Assembly (NCBI RefSeq): GCF_001949145.1
Contig: NW_019091355.1
Coordinates: 243,720 to 307,719, forward strand
Direction of reading: 5' to 3'
Length of the DNA: 64,000 nucleotides
From: Acanthaster planci
Taxonomy: Eukaryota
Made by a program: the position numbers and the translations under genes. Positions within the stretch are counted from its first letter, which is position 1. The number at the start of each line of letters is the position of its first letter. Below, in pieces: positions 1 to 30,478 of the stretch. The notes beneath the pieces are model-generated. The model did no database searches. It saw nothing but the letters and a program-made list of their open reading frames with translations, and was not told where the DNA came from.

Positions 1-202
1 TTAATATTACTTATAATTGTAAAATTAGTCATCTAATGTTATAATATAGCTTGTTTACTAAATTATTAGCAAATTTTTGCCTAGGATCAAAATATTGGGC
101 CCTTTAACCCTCTCAATTTCAATTATTATATCATTATTATTTAGCAGGCAGCCACGAAAAACATTTGTCTTGACTTTTCAAAGTTCTTTCCTTCTTTTTC
201 AG

Positions 203-1021
203 AAACTGGAGGTCTGTTTGGTTTAGCAGTGAGACTGATGCAACTCTTCAGTGAAAACAAAAGGTGGGATTGTTGATTTTCATCGTGTTCTCAAATCTAC
301 CCATGGATAATATCTTACCAAGATTTGTAAAGCCTATTCTTTGGATAATAACATCAATTTTTTCACTGCTACTCACAGTGACTTCACTCCACTCAGCGAT
401 ATGCTTGGACTTTACTTCCAAATCAGAGATGATCTTGCCAACTTACAGTCCAGAGAGTATACCGAGAACAAAAGCTACTGTGAGGACTTAACTGAGGGCA
501 AGTTTTCCTTTCCCATCATCCATGGGATTCTTAGCAGACCTGAAGACAACCAAGTCATGAATATACTCAGGAAAAGAACGACAGATGTAGAGATAAAAAA
601 ATACTGTGTGGATCATCTGGAAAAGGTATGTCTGGTCCGTAAGTACAACTTGAACCCCCATTCTCTTACTGTTGATACTGTTGTAAAGCTTGTACAAGCA
701 GTGATTTTTACTTGGTTATCTTTTGACTTTTAACAGATTGGCTCTTTTGACTACACCAAGAAAGCTCTTGTGGAGTTAGAGGAGATGTGAGTATAAACAT
801 GTCGTTTACATTGCCAGTATTCAGCTTTAAGTGGGCCAGTTGTCACTGTGAAGATCTGCCAGACTGACTGTATCCTCCCAGGACAATTTTTAAGTTCTGT
901 AAACACGAACACATTGTTTCTATGCAGAGTCCTACATGAGATGTCCAAGCTAGGTGCTAATCCCTACTTAGAAGCAATGTTAGAGGAACTCGGTAAGCTC
1001 TACAAGGAACCAGACCAATGA
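203..1021 (+). CDS. GGPS1: Geranylgeranyl pyrophosphate synthase, 3' part (last 4 coding exons; 5' exons lie upstream of the window)
   Basis: Exons 203-263, 379-625, 737-786, 928-1021 join in frame at GT-AG sites: (K)[71 protein letters not shown]...IKKYCVDHLEKIGSFDYTKKAL...KLYKEPDQ*. Contains the KT motif, the second aspartate-rich motif (FQIRDD) and [11 protein letters not shown] typical of animal GGPPS. AATAAA at 1157-1162. Confidence 0.96.
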
Positions 1022-2194
1022 CAAGGGATGTTATAGATTGCTTCAAGAAAACAGCATTTTGCTCTTGAGATCTTTCCTTCAGCTCTCAGCTGTTCTTGGA
1101 AATGCTTCCAAATTCAGAACTTCAGTTTTGTTTTACAATCTATGCAGGCCATGTTAAATAAAATGTGCAATATACACCTACACAGTCTTGAACAACTGTG
1201 TCTGTGTCCTATAAATTGTAATTTTAAAAAGTGAAGTCTCTGAATGTCAAACTGTAGTAGTCACAGGCATCACCAGGATATTTTAAGGGCATGTTTTTTC
1301 TAGTATTGGGAGGAGGCAAAGAACTCATCAGAATGGCAGACTAAGAGCAACAAAAGAAGGGATTGGTCTTGAGGACAGCTTATTTGAAAACTTGGTGTGT
1401 AAAGATACAAAAAAAGGTTTGTTTTTGAAAAAGATTATCACCTTTGCCATTAAAATATTTTCAATCATGATACATTGCTTGAAAATCAAAAGGGTCAGCT
1501 GATACTAAAATTGCCATTGTGGAAATCTTCAAATTGGTGAATTGAGAAGAAATATCTCTATGCACTTGATGGAATTTCAGGGCAAAAAACTTGCTGTTGT
1601 ATATATTTTTATTTGTAATTCATAACCATCATAAAATACACTCTTTTTAATATTACAATTGATTAATTTCAATAACAGTAAATAGCTCCCTAATTAATGC
1701 AGTAATTGATCCAAGCTACATGTATTTTTTTTCTTGTGGAAAAAGGGAGAAAGGAGAGGCGCAAACAGTTAGTGGCCTAAACTTGGCGGCAGTGATAGAA
1801 CATGTACACATATTTAAAACATTTAAAGGAGGTTTTACTGAATGACTCACTGATAAATGCAGACACAACAGCCTGATTAGGACCATGTCAACCCAGTGCA
1901 AGAGCACATTGATGCAGAAGAATATGCCGAGTGTATGCATGATTGTAAGTCAAATTTCAGCATCCAAATGTTGTAATTAAGGGATGAGCAATTTAATTTG
2001 ACATTTATGGGCCAAAAATATTGCTTGAAGGATTATCAATGGAGAAATAGTTATAATGAACATCACATTGGAATGTAGCTGGTAAGCTGTTTCTACTGAA
2101 AGAATGCATCAGGATAGTAAACCTCTGCAGTATGTCAGCAACCTCAACAAATTCTTGGTAAACTCATGGTCATTCTCTGCATTATTGTATCTGT

Positions 2195-2382
2195 GGGTGG
2201 GTTCGAGTGAGCTACTCAAGTTATTAAACACGAGTACACTCCTGAGGGCTCGAACGGGTGGAGTATGACCGGAGGGTCAGCAAGAGTATACTCTCGCTAG
2301 AGGGGGGAGTATACTCCTGTACCCGAGTGTAATGTGCACACATCCTACTCGTGTTAACAGGAGTAACCACGCGAACGCACCC
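2195..2382. mobile_element. MITE, PIF/Harbinger-like (~188 bp)
   Basis: Imperfect ~40 bp terminal inverted repeats: left GGGTGGGTTCGAGTGAGCTACTC...TTAAACACGAGTA; right (rc) GGGTGCGTTCGCGTGGTTACTCCTGTTAACACGAGTA. Flanked by 3-bp TGT on both sides. Superfamily inferred from GGG ends and a 3-bp TSD. Confidence 0.7.
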
Positions 2383-4821
2383 TGTAAGGTGCCAAAGCTG
2401 ACCTTTCACCCAATTAGACTATTTGAAGTATTAGAAACACTAAAGGAGGGTGCTATGTGGTTTGGGTAAAATCTTTTGTTTTGTAATAGCGAACTTCAAT
2501 AATGCTTCAAAAAGGCTCACAAGCTTGGTCTGCCAACTGACTGATACATGGTATACTTTTTTAAAAGTTGTTCATCAGTGTCCTTTATTTGCTAGTTTTA
2601 TGTACATGACTACATGTACATCTCAACCTAGAAAGATCTGAAGACCACAGTTCAAATCCAGTTTAACACTCTTCTCCATGGTCAGAAGATAAAAATGACT
2701 TAAAAACAAACCACTCTAGAAGTAATAGCTGCTAAATAACGATTGAAACAAACTGTATGTTCATGCTTTAAATTTAACATATGGCAACTTAACTCAAAAA
2801 AGAAAAAAAATACCCTTGTGTTTACTAAAAACAATAACTGAACTCAAGGAAAAAATTTGTATTCCGATTCCAGAAAAAAATCCTATGTGACAGTGCACAC
2901 TTTCTACAAATGTTGAGGGATTTGAACCATTCTTCAGGTTTTTCACCAAGAGATATCCTAAATAATTATAAACCTTTAGAATGTTTAAACACCAATACAG
3001 TCTTATTTTTGTTGTATTACATTCAAGTGATAATCAACACATGACTAAACTCAATCAATTTTTGCTTGACGAATGATAACCCTTTCCAAAACAGTAATTA
3101 AACAATGGCACAATTGTGACTACTCTTGTGACCAGTTTAAATACACCTGTATGCCCCTCTATTCTTTGATATAAAACTTGACGTGTATGGTGCAGGTATT
3201 TACAGTGAAAGGCTTGTGGTTCATTGTCACAAATAACTGCAGCACGTCTCTGCCTATGTATGCACATTGCTGAGTTACCTGTACTAAAAAGAAATCTACT
3301 TCACTGACACAGAAAAAGCTACATGTACATTGTAAGTGCCTGGTAGTTACACCTCCTGATCTTGAAGCATCACTATTAACTCAGAATCCTTCAGTCTGGC
3401 TACTGATTGGTGTGACTCTGCTGGGGTGACATTATGTGATAATTTCATGCTTCAGTATCATCTAAAAGCAATGGTAATAATCAATGCTTAATTTCTAATG
3501 CCGCTGTGAAAAAAAGTATTCAGCTCACACATCCTAGTGATTGTCTTTCCATCGTCATGCAGCTATCATTTACAAAACAAAAAGGTTTTGTAAATCATTC
3601 AAATGGAAACGGATAAATAAGAGCAACATATTAATAACTGTAACAGTCCCACTAAACTACCAACCAATAATACAAAGCAGCATAAGATTGCTATTAAAAT
3701 ATTCACACTGGCTGATGAATTATGCATCATTACAATCATAAGGAGCTCCAGTCACAGTCCTCTCCTGTCAAGTAACAATGCATATGGCACAATTCATTTA
3801 CATATACTGGCAAGCTGATAAAGCAAACAGAAGCATCAGAGAGTAGTGAACTCTACCAATAAACCACTCACTGTGACTAATCTATGCCTGAATGACAAAT
3901 TCAACTACCTCAAAATCTGCTACACGATAACGAGTTCATACACAAAAACCAAGCTTAAAGTTTCCTGTCAGAATGCTATAATACAAGTGGTAAGTCAGCA
4001 AATATGAAATGTCTAACTTCGAAATCTTTGCAACAGTAGGCCGTGCATCGTACTGCAGAGTAAACAATATCATGAGGACATCACATAACAAATAAACCTA
4101 CAGTTGCAAAGAAATTATACCCAGTTCTGAAACATTAATTAACTCTTAAGCACTCTGCCCAAAATTTGGTTGTATAATGGCACTGAGCACAACAATTTTT
4201 GCACTTGCAGCAAAACGCACAATATGGTTAGCCTCACCTGCATTCTTGGGAGGCCTGCATACTGCCCTCTATCATGCATATATGCAGTATATATCTCATG
4301 GGCACAATTACAACAAAAAAGTACAATTATGAAAGGCCATAGCTCTGACCAAGCCATGGTGCTGTATTGCTAATATCAGGAACATACAGACCCAAACATC
4401 CCACAGAGGGAACCAGTTATCCATACTTCATAGCTTTGATCCAATGATCATCACAGAATTTAATATAAAACAACCTCATAACAATTTCAGAAAATTGCAA
4501 ATCCATTTTTGTTCCTAGCCTGAGAAGTTCCCATATTCAATCAACAGTATGGCCTTGTGGGCAATGCCATGTCCATTCATTGCAAAACGACATGGCTCCA
4601 TTTTAGATTTAACCTTATCCTTACTCATCACCATTACACTAGCATTGGCAATTACAGGGAAATTTCTTAACTTCTCGTGTACATTCAAAATTGTCATTTA
4701 AATAACTTAAGCAAATGCTTACAAGCATATTGTTACAATCAAAGAGTTATTAATGGTCACATTTCTGTGGTACATTGGAACTTTTGTGACCCCTCAACTT
4801 TGACCTGATCCCCATGACTCA

Positions 4822-22061
<17,240 letters not shown>

Positions 22062-22561
22062 GGTTGCTCAACTTTTAACAGGCCTACCTAAAAATAAAAT
22101 TCCAATAACCCTGCTCAGATGCGTGAAAGCTTCAAAAATATGGCTACATTTCGCAAAACCTTAAGGTTTTGAAACGAGTGACATGTGCGATCTTCTCTTT
22201 CGCAGGATTTCTAGCACTCCAATTTAGCAGAGCTAGGGAGGGATGTGCACGAAACTCGTTCCACATCACAACATGCTTAACAATAAAAACACCCAGCCTA
22301 CCTACATGCATACAGTACATGTATATACTTGCACTTCCATGGTTGTTCCCACGAAGCCCTACTGTGTGATATTAATGTATCGTATTATACAGGATACCAG
22401 TTGGTCGGAATGAGTCATCCGCAGATTTTTGTTACACCTCCGCCTGGTGCCCGCCTACCTGCCTCTGCAGTAATTAGCCTAAATCGTGCAGAAAAAGTTC
22501 GTACACCATGCTACAGAAATTAGGGACCTCTGACCCCAAGCGCGCGGCTCGAAACACGAGA
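22062..22561. promoter_or_regulatory. Divergent (bidirectional) promoter region between the NAK kinase and ASH2L
   Basis: The two start codons (22061 minus, 22562 plus) are 500 bp apart head-to-head. CpG density is visibly higher than in the neighbouring introns; a GCCATATTTT (YY1-like) motif lies on the minus strand at ~22135-22144. Confidence 0.75.
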
Positions 22562-25500
22562 ATGGCAGATGTGGACAGCAAAGAGAGGTATAATTTCATA
22601 CTTCTTACTTGCAGTGAAATTTCAGTTTTACTTTAAATGTACCCATTCGAAATTTCATTAAATATTTATTCAAAAATCATCGTTAGAACGCAAACCATGC
22701 CAACGTAATCATTTTGATGCGAAGGGGCCGTTTTGTTTATTTGAAGCCTGTCCAACAGGCTCCATGTACATAGTTGCACTAATTTCGTGATATTTTGCAG
22801 TAACGTCAGGCCCGAGTAAGATAGCTGGTAATGAATGCTGATTAATAGAGCTAGACTGTGTACGCAATTGACAACCAAGAATCTCTTACACGTTTTATTT
22901 TGAATATCAAACGTGCAGAGTCGGAAAAATAAACATGGAAAATTCACAGACATTTGTTTTCTGCATTATTAAGTTTGGCATCTGAACTGTCTTTGTTGCA
23001 TTTAATGCATACATGTACATGTATGTAACAGCACAGCACAAGGGGTTTTGCCCATTTTGAGAATTGTGTACTTTCGACAGTTGCTTCAGTCCTCCAATTT
23101 CTCTATGATTTTACATGCACCCAAGGGAGTTAGGGTTAACTTTGATGCTTACAGATTTTTTAAAACTTAAATTTTGTTTGTATACATGACAACGCTTCCC
23201 ATGAATGTTTAATTTTGAAATATCCTAATTTGGCTCAAGCCTGTACTTTTCCTTTTTCTTTTTTTTCTGTTTAAGTTCTACCACAGAGGTTGAGGAGGAT
23301 GTTGCCATAGATACTGGTGTAGTAGAGAGCTTTGATGTCGCCGAATCCCAGGAGGTGGAAATGCAGGAAACTGTTAGTGCTTCTGACCCAGAATCAATGG
23401 AACCTCCCTGTGATGATGATGGAACATCCACAGATAACAAAGAAAATGTTTCTGTGGAAGTTGGCTCCACTGATACAGGGGGGGAGAAGTTAAAAGAAAG
23501 CACAGGGGTTAAAGGAGACTGCTATTGGTAAGCTTTGAGGTCTATTTATATAAAGATACCATCGCCCATGCTATCTACTTTGCTCAGACTTAACTCTTTT
23601 TTTACCACCATCTTGTAGCATTTTTTACATGAATTGGCACTTTGGATGCTTAATGGTTGCTGACAGTTGATGATGTAGAAATTTTTCATTACTTCCTCAG
23701 TGGTAAAGAGAGAAACCCTAATAACATTGAGCTTCAATGCAGTGTCTGCCTGAAGTGGTTCCATAAGAATTGCATCACATGCAATGTGGGGTAAGAATCT
23801 GCCTTAGTCAGGATTTTGAGGAGACAAATAGATCAGTCATTTATACTTTACCAGAATTGGTATTTATGAATTATGATTTAAAGAACATTGTCTGTGCAAG
23901 TACCAACTAAGATGTCTAACTGAGCTTAGTTATGTACATATACATCAATGACAGAAATGTTCAGCTTAGTGTTATGATGGAATTTTTGTTTTATTCTTTA
24001 ATCTTAGCTTCCCTTAAGTCTCTTAAAAAGCAACATCAGGTTTGAAGGATTGAGTTTGTAGTATCAGAACTTCTTTTTCATAGGAACTGCATACCTTACA
24101 TGATGACTTATTCCTTCTGCTGCAAGTATTGCAATCCGGCCAAAAATGAAGTCTACAGTCGCAGGATGGCCAGTAAGTATTTCACCAGTTTCCTGACATG
24201 GTGGCATTTTATTTCAAAATTTCCAAAAGAATTTGATATCCTGCTTCAGTTTGAACTTAAAAGATAACTCATTTAAGTACTTGATTAATCTTAACATTTC
24301 AAAAAGAAACTGATGTGACAATCCTGAAGAGATTGAATCATTTTATTCTTCCAGATTTCAGTCAGTTGTGCCACATGGCCCTTGCCAACCTGACGGCCCA
24401 ACAGCGTCTGATGGGTTCCAACAAGATTCTATTCTCCAAGGAGAAAGAGTTGATTCCATTTATCAATCAGAACTGGGAAGCACTGACACCAATGCAGAAA
24501 CGGACAACAACCACATGGCATGGTACCATCGTCAAAGCCATGGTAAGACAAGTTGACAACTTTGTTCAAAAATTGAGTGTAGTTACCGAAGGTTTAGAAT
24601 ACTATTTGGAAGCAAACTTCAGCTGGGAAGTAGCCAGAAACAATCAGTGCTGTAGTCAAGGTCTCTTAAGACCATCACAAGACTTCACAAGACTGTCACA
24701 AGACCTTCAGTCTGAATTCATGTCACAAGCTTTATTCACATGACGGGCAACAATAGCATTCCTTTGTCATTGTTCATCTGTTACTTTTGACTGGTCTTCT
24801 GATGGTCTTGATCACAACACTGGAAACAAACTACATTATTACAGAATCATAGGCTAGTTACTTTTTTTCCTGCAAGTAAAATATTTTCCGTGCTAGCTGT
24901 AGAACTTGACAGAGCTGATGAAAAAAGAGTGATTGAACCAGTATGCTTGTATTCCAGATGAAAGACAGTGACATCTTCATTTATAAGGAGAAACCAGAGG
25001 CTAGCGAAGCCAGTGAAGAGGACTACCCACTCTTTGGACTCATTGATCAGGTCAGTGTCCTTGATGTTCTTACTCAGTCTTTGTATAATTACTTCTCTAA
25101 AGGGTTTCTCCCCCAGGGCCTGTGGTAAAAATGCATTACAATTTAGAGGGAGCCTATTATTGCTAATTCCAAGGCTTTATGGTTGTGCACATTTACTCAT
25201 GGATCATCCTGTCCTGATCTTATCATCCTGTCTTGTAGGATTTGACAAAGATCAGTCCAAACTATGACCCGTCCAAGCAGAGTGGGGCCATCAAGGGAGA
25301 AGTCAGCCAGAAACTCAGCTCTTCTCTGTCAGCATCGCTGAATGGTGAGCACAAAACATCAAACTTTTTAAACCGTTTTAGCTGAGGCATTCTGCCTGAA
25401 CAAAAGACTCCAGCAAATAAAGTATTTAACACTTGCACATTTATTTATGCTGTTGTCATCTCTCATATTTCAGCATGCATTCTGTCATTTCATCTTGTGA

Positions 25501-28066
25501 ATTTAACTTTGCTTTCCTGCTTCGATACCATAATGGCACTATTTTCCCCTGTGTTCTTTACAGGAAGCAGTCTGTCATCTTCCTTGGGCAAGAGTCGTGG
25601 AACCAAGAGGAAGGGTCTGGAAAACAGTCAGAATATCACGTCAGGAAAGAAGACCAGGAAGTAAGTAAAAACTCTGGGTCTGATAAATGTAGTTTGTTAT
25701 AATCTGTAATTGTATGGCATTCCTGTAATTCCCTTATTGTTTTGTGATGGTTCCTACACAGTCCTTTCTAAATTAATGTCCTTCTCTCCCCAGTGACATG
25801 ATAACAGCACAAAAGCTACCCCCTCATGGATACCCCTTGGAACACCCCTTCAACAAAGATGGTTACCGATACATCTTGACAGAACAGGACCCCCACGCAC
25901 CAAGCAGTGCTTTTGAAGAAGATATGTGGATAGGGAAACCTATTCCTGCTTTGCTGTATCGGATGGCATTACCTAGAGAGGTGTACTTGGCATCACATGA
26001 CAGAGGTAGGTAGAGTAGTGATGAAATAAAAATGCATTCCTATAAAAGCATGTTTGGAAAACTTGTAAGGTAAAAAAGTCAGCATAAACTTTCCCAAAAT
26101 AGAGATTGAATCTTTTTTCTTTTACAGAAACAAATTGCAGACAAATAAGTTAAATATTTCTGATATAAAATTCTGAATTAATGATATTTGATACTCCTAC
26201 TTTGAACTTACATTGTATGGCTTTAGATGAGCTTCTTTAACTTGCCCAGTAAAGTTACACTGGAGATGAAAATGCCTCCTTTTTATAGCTCCTCAACTGA
26301 AGATCTCAGAGAACCGGTTGTCAGTCACAGGAGAGAAGGGTTACTCCATGGTCCGATGCACCCATGGTACAAACCGAGGAGCGTGGTATATGGAGATGAC
26401 AATTGATGAGATGCCGGAAGGCACCGCTACCAGGATTGGATGGTCACAACCATTAGGTAGGAGCTGGTTCAGGTCCTGGAAGTAAGCAGGTCCTAAATGA
26501 GTCCAGGCCAGACCTGTAGGTGGCAAGACCTGTTGGTGGCAATTTGTGGCCTTCCTGAGAGGCAAGAAAGATAATTCATGTGTGTGAACTCAGTGCTTGT
26601 AAATAGCTGAGCGCAGGTGCAACTTGTTTTTATTTGAATGTACACAAAACCATGTCAGAAGAATGCACTTGATAACAGGTGTACAGCACAAATGAAGCGG
26701 GGGGTGTTCTCCAGTAACTGGAGTGGTATACATTTTGAATACCAAATACATTTTTCTGCAGTATCCATGGAATCAATCGTTTACTCGACATCCTGCTTCA
26801 TTTATTTTTAAAGCTTGCATATTAAGAGATTTACAAATTGACTGCCGTGACTCCATTCAGGTAATCTGCAAGCACCTCTTGGTTATGACAAATTCAGCTA
26901 CTCGTGGCGAAGCAGGAAAGGAACTCGCTTCCATCAGAGCATTGGTAAACACTATGGAGAAGGGTATACTATTGGAGATGTCCTGGGACTGTACATTAAA
27001 CTGCCAGGGAGGGTAACACCTGATAAGCTTCTTCCATTAACATACAAAGATCGGGTGAGTATCCATAGCTAGTAAATGTGCTTAATAATTTTACCCTGCT
27101 TTGCAGGTCCACTGTAGTAGGCCTGTAGGCTAGACTAAATGTTTACCATTTCCCATTTGCTGCATAGTTGTCTCTTATTACATCTGGAATAGATGAAGTA
27201 ATCAGAAGTTGATGATGGTTGTTTTCTCAGGCTCTAATCAAATTCAAGAGCCATCTGTACTTTGAGGAGAAGGATCAGGTGCAGGAGACAGAGAATGCCC
27301 TGAACCTGTGTCCAGGAACAAAGGTAAGACAGTTTGATATCAGCATAGGTTGCTTGGTTGAAGTGACAGAGTAGGGTAGTTGTGCAGTATCTCTGCTGCA
27401 ATTGTAAAATCAAGTTCACTTTGTAATACATGTGCCTGGTTCTTATTGACGTTTTTGCCATAGATTGCCTTTTACAAGAATGGGGTCAGCCAGGGAGTAG
27501 CATTTGAAGACATCTTTGAGGGAACTTATTACCCAGCCATTTCACTCTACAAAGGGTGCACGGTAAGTCTTGGCCTTTTATCAACAATCTTTTATTCATG
27601 TAATAAACCAAGTTCTCCCAAATTAATCTTGGACAATTATCACAATACCAATTACTGCCAACCAAGTACATGTAGTTGCATTTTCTTACTGTCCAAGCTA
27701 TATATGTTTATAGATACTGCTGACTAGCCAAAGTAAAAACTTCCAGAGGCTTGTAGTTATTAATGTACACTTGTGACATGCACGGTGACAGGTTCTGCAG
27801 GACAAGTCAGTTTTTCTTTTAATGCATGGCCTTGTAGAGAAGCGAATTTTGTCCATCGTATTGCTATTTGTCATTTTTGTCAGGTTTCGGTCAACTTTGG
27901 CCCACAATTCAAGTTCCCCCCACAAGATCTTGAAGACTTTCTTCCAATCAGCGAGCTTGCCCATCGTGCCATGGTGGAGCAGACATTGGCCAATCTAGTC
28001 TACCATGTGGACCATGAACAGGACTTTATAGATGCTAGTAAGGGATTGTTACCACAATCATGTTGA
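22562..28066 (+). CDS. ASH2L: Set1/MLL (COMPASS) complex subunit ASH2-like, ~629 aa, 14 coding exons
   Basis: Exons 22562-22587, 23276-23527, 23701-23790, 24084-24172, 24355-24542, 24958-25050, 25239-25344, 25564-25660, 25794-26005, 26289-26456, 26861-27054, 27231-27323, 27464-27562, 27884-28066; total 1890 nt in frame. PHD ([23 protein letters not shown]), winged helix ([22 protein letters not shown]), [26 protein letters not shown] ([37 protein letters not shown]), C-terminal DPY30-binding helix ([12 protein letters not shown]). AATAAA at 28942. First exon least certain. Confidence 0.96.
24645..24822. mobile_element. MITE, hAT-like (~178 bp), in ASH2L intron 5
   Basis: Ends CAGTGCTGTAGTCAAG... 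and ...CTTGATCACAACACTG; subterminal CACAAGAC-type repeats; 8-bp target duplication GAAACAAT (24637-24644) / GAAACAAA (24823-24830). Confidence 0.78.
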
Positions 28067-28337
28067 TGAAAACTTCCTCAAAGACACTTCAGTCAAAATT
28101 CAAGCTTTTCAAGTGTACAGAACCTACAGTTGACTTGCAACCAATTAAGGTTACAGTAATGACTCTTGGCCAGAAATCAGTGTGTGCCATACTGGAAATG
28201 ATGGCAAATAGTGGGTGGCCATAATGGATTTGCAGCTTACTGTTTACATTAAGGGGATAGGATGGAGAGGAAGCCTCATTATTAATTGCCAGATGAAAAC
28301 AGCTTGCAGTTGGCTACAGTAGATGGGTGGCCAAGGA

Positions 28338-28391
28338 CAACTGGTGGCCTCCAACGAGTGGCCTCTAACTAGTGGATTCCAACTAATGGTC
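28338..28391 (+). repeat. 14-bp degenerate tandem repeat (~4 copies) in the ASH2L 3' UTR
   Basis: CAACTGGTGGCCTC CAACGAGTGGCCTC TAACTAGTGGATTC CAACTAATGGTC. Confidence 0.6.
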
Positions 28392-29321
28392 ACAACACAC
28401 AGGCCTGTGAGTGAGCCACACTGGATGAACAGCACCGCAGTAACAGTTGATAACCACACCAAACTTAGCCAGGGAGCCATTGTATAATTTTATTTCTTCA
28501 GTGGACAAACAATCATACTACCAAGTTGTTGAAGACAGCTTACTTTGGGTACCTTGTCATCTTGTGCTTTTTTCAACAATAGATTGCCTGCTTAGCCAAA
28601 AGCACTTTCCCTTGATGGTCACACTTTTATTTGTTTCAGTGTCTCTTTTTCTTGTTTGTTTCGGTAATCAGATCTTCAACTGTCAGGTTTCTGGTCTCAC
28701 AAAACCCTTTGAGCAAATATATGCAGACTGTAGCAGACTAAATCAAATGACCGCTGGCATTCCCCCCCCAAATTTCTTCTAGTAACATTTATTTGTTTCA
28801 AGTGCCTCAGTCATTATTCTGCAACAAGTTTGGCTATCTGTCATAAAACTCATAGTTGATATTTTACAGTCTTTAAAATTCCACACAAAGCCTTCTATTG
28901 ACTATTTTGTTTGATTGCTTGTGGCTTTTATCTGTTCTTGAAATAAAATGAATATTAATTTTCGCTTAGTGTAGGCCAGTGGATAATGAACAATGAGTAA
29001 TGTATAGTCCTTTTTAGGGTTCTTTTGTACATTTTACATTAAAAGCTACTGTCATACGAACCTGTGTGTAGTTTTTTGTTTGATTTGAGTACATTTTTCA
29101 GGTGTACATAATTGGATACAGAATTGTGAGAATCCTTACAAGCAGACATTAATTTTACAATTTCAGCTGTACTGAACATGTAAAGTGGACTTGTAAAATG
29201 TGAATCAATGTTAGGTTGTCTAAGATCCAGTGCCATTTTACATGTTGCATGTGAAGAAGACTGACTTTTATTAAGGTAGAAATAGGTTATTTTGGTGGCT
29301 TATGCAGCATGTGTTTTCAAT

Positions 29322-30478
29322 TTAATTCGAAAAATCAGTGGGGCTCTTGCTCTTTAATTCAGTGATCTCTCTCCCTCTGTACCTAAGTTCCAGTTGTAGC
29401 CTTGTCACCTCAGTCCGCAATTGTTCTGTATCAGTGAGTGCTTTCTTCACATCATTTTGGAGTTTCTCATGCACGACTGTAGTTAGAGTGTGGATGCTTT
29501 TATTTGCTTGATCAAGCCTGTGAGAGATGTTGTCAATTTTCTTGGAGAATGCATCTTTTTCTTGGCCTTTCTTAGAGTCATTTAGTTGGTTCTCGTGGCG
29601 GGCGATCATCTTGCTGATGTAAGTGATGAGCTCGTCAAGTTTATTCTGCTCAGTTTTGAGTGACATGATCGCCGATTGGTTGTCTCTGCAGAATTTCCTA
29701 GTCTCCTTTAAAGCCGCTATAATGGAGGACCGCCCCTGGACAAGCTTCAGGACCTCGAAGGAGCTGTCCGAGAATTCCTCCCTCATGAATTTGAGCTGGC
29801 CTTTAATTTTCTCAATGTCGACGGAGATGTCGCGAACAGTTTTCGACATGGTAGGGTCTGCAAAGACCTTGGAAAGTAAAAGATTTTTTTCTTGAATCTG
29901 ACTCAGAAAAGTGGAAGAAGTTGAAGTTAAATATTGCAACCTGGAGTAAACTTTACATATCCTCTCTTTGTTACCCAAGCAACAAGAGTTGAAAGTATAA
30001 TGGATAGGAAGTTATCGCTAAATTCATTTCGCGTCCGAAAAGTAATTTCACACCCCATCCCCTCTGAGCACGGTCCACACTGGGACATACACTCTTTACA
30101 ATGAAAATGGTCACTTACTTGGACAGTGGGAGGGCTAACAATCATTGTTTTCCTGCCCTGGGTTCGTTCTATACTTTCATGTCCAACTGGCACGTCTCCT
30201 GGTGATAGAAATTTATGCGTCCTTTCTCCATCGTCTTTCCCCCCTTCTTTCTTGAGTAGACAGTGGGCCGTGCCCAGCCGACGGAGAGTTGGTTTTCTTT
30301 GTTGACAACGCAATAAAGACTCGCCTGAAAATACGACTCCTAAGTCCCATTCATGTCTGCATTGTTTCACAGTATTTTCAGCTGTAAAATTCCAAATTCC
30401 CGGAGACGAAAGGCTTGCATACATTCCACGGCGCCATGTGCTTTGTAGACGGCAGGCGACTGCTGCACTTCTCAACAT
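29322..30478 (-). CDS. Uncharacterised coiled-coil protein with putative mitochondrial presequence (~311 aa, 2 exons)
   Basis: Exon 1 30478-30119 (MLRSAAVACRLQSTWRRGMYASLSS...PPTVQ) ends at a CAA|GTAAGT phase-0 donor. Exon 2 probably 29897-29322 after a pyrimidine tract (..CTTCTTCCACTTTTCTGAGTCAG|), encoding a heptad-rich helical segment (IEKIKGQLKFMREE...LRTEVTRLQLELRYRGREITELK). AATAAA on the minus strand at 29267-29272. The exact acceptor is uncertain; an in-frame alternative exists ~30 nt downstream. Confidence 0.75.

Noticed and set aside
23528..27883. Intronic snoRNA candidates (TGATGA motifs in ASH2L introns)
   Set aside because: No convincing C/D box pair with a terminal stem was seen; would need snoscan/Infernal.
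29927..29978. Overlap of two ORFs suggesting a programmed frameshift or pseudogene
   Set aside because: A GT-AG intron (30118-29898) joins them in frame more simply.
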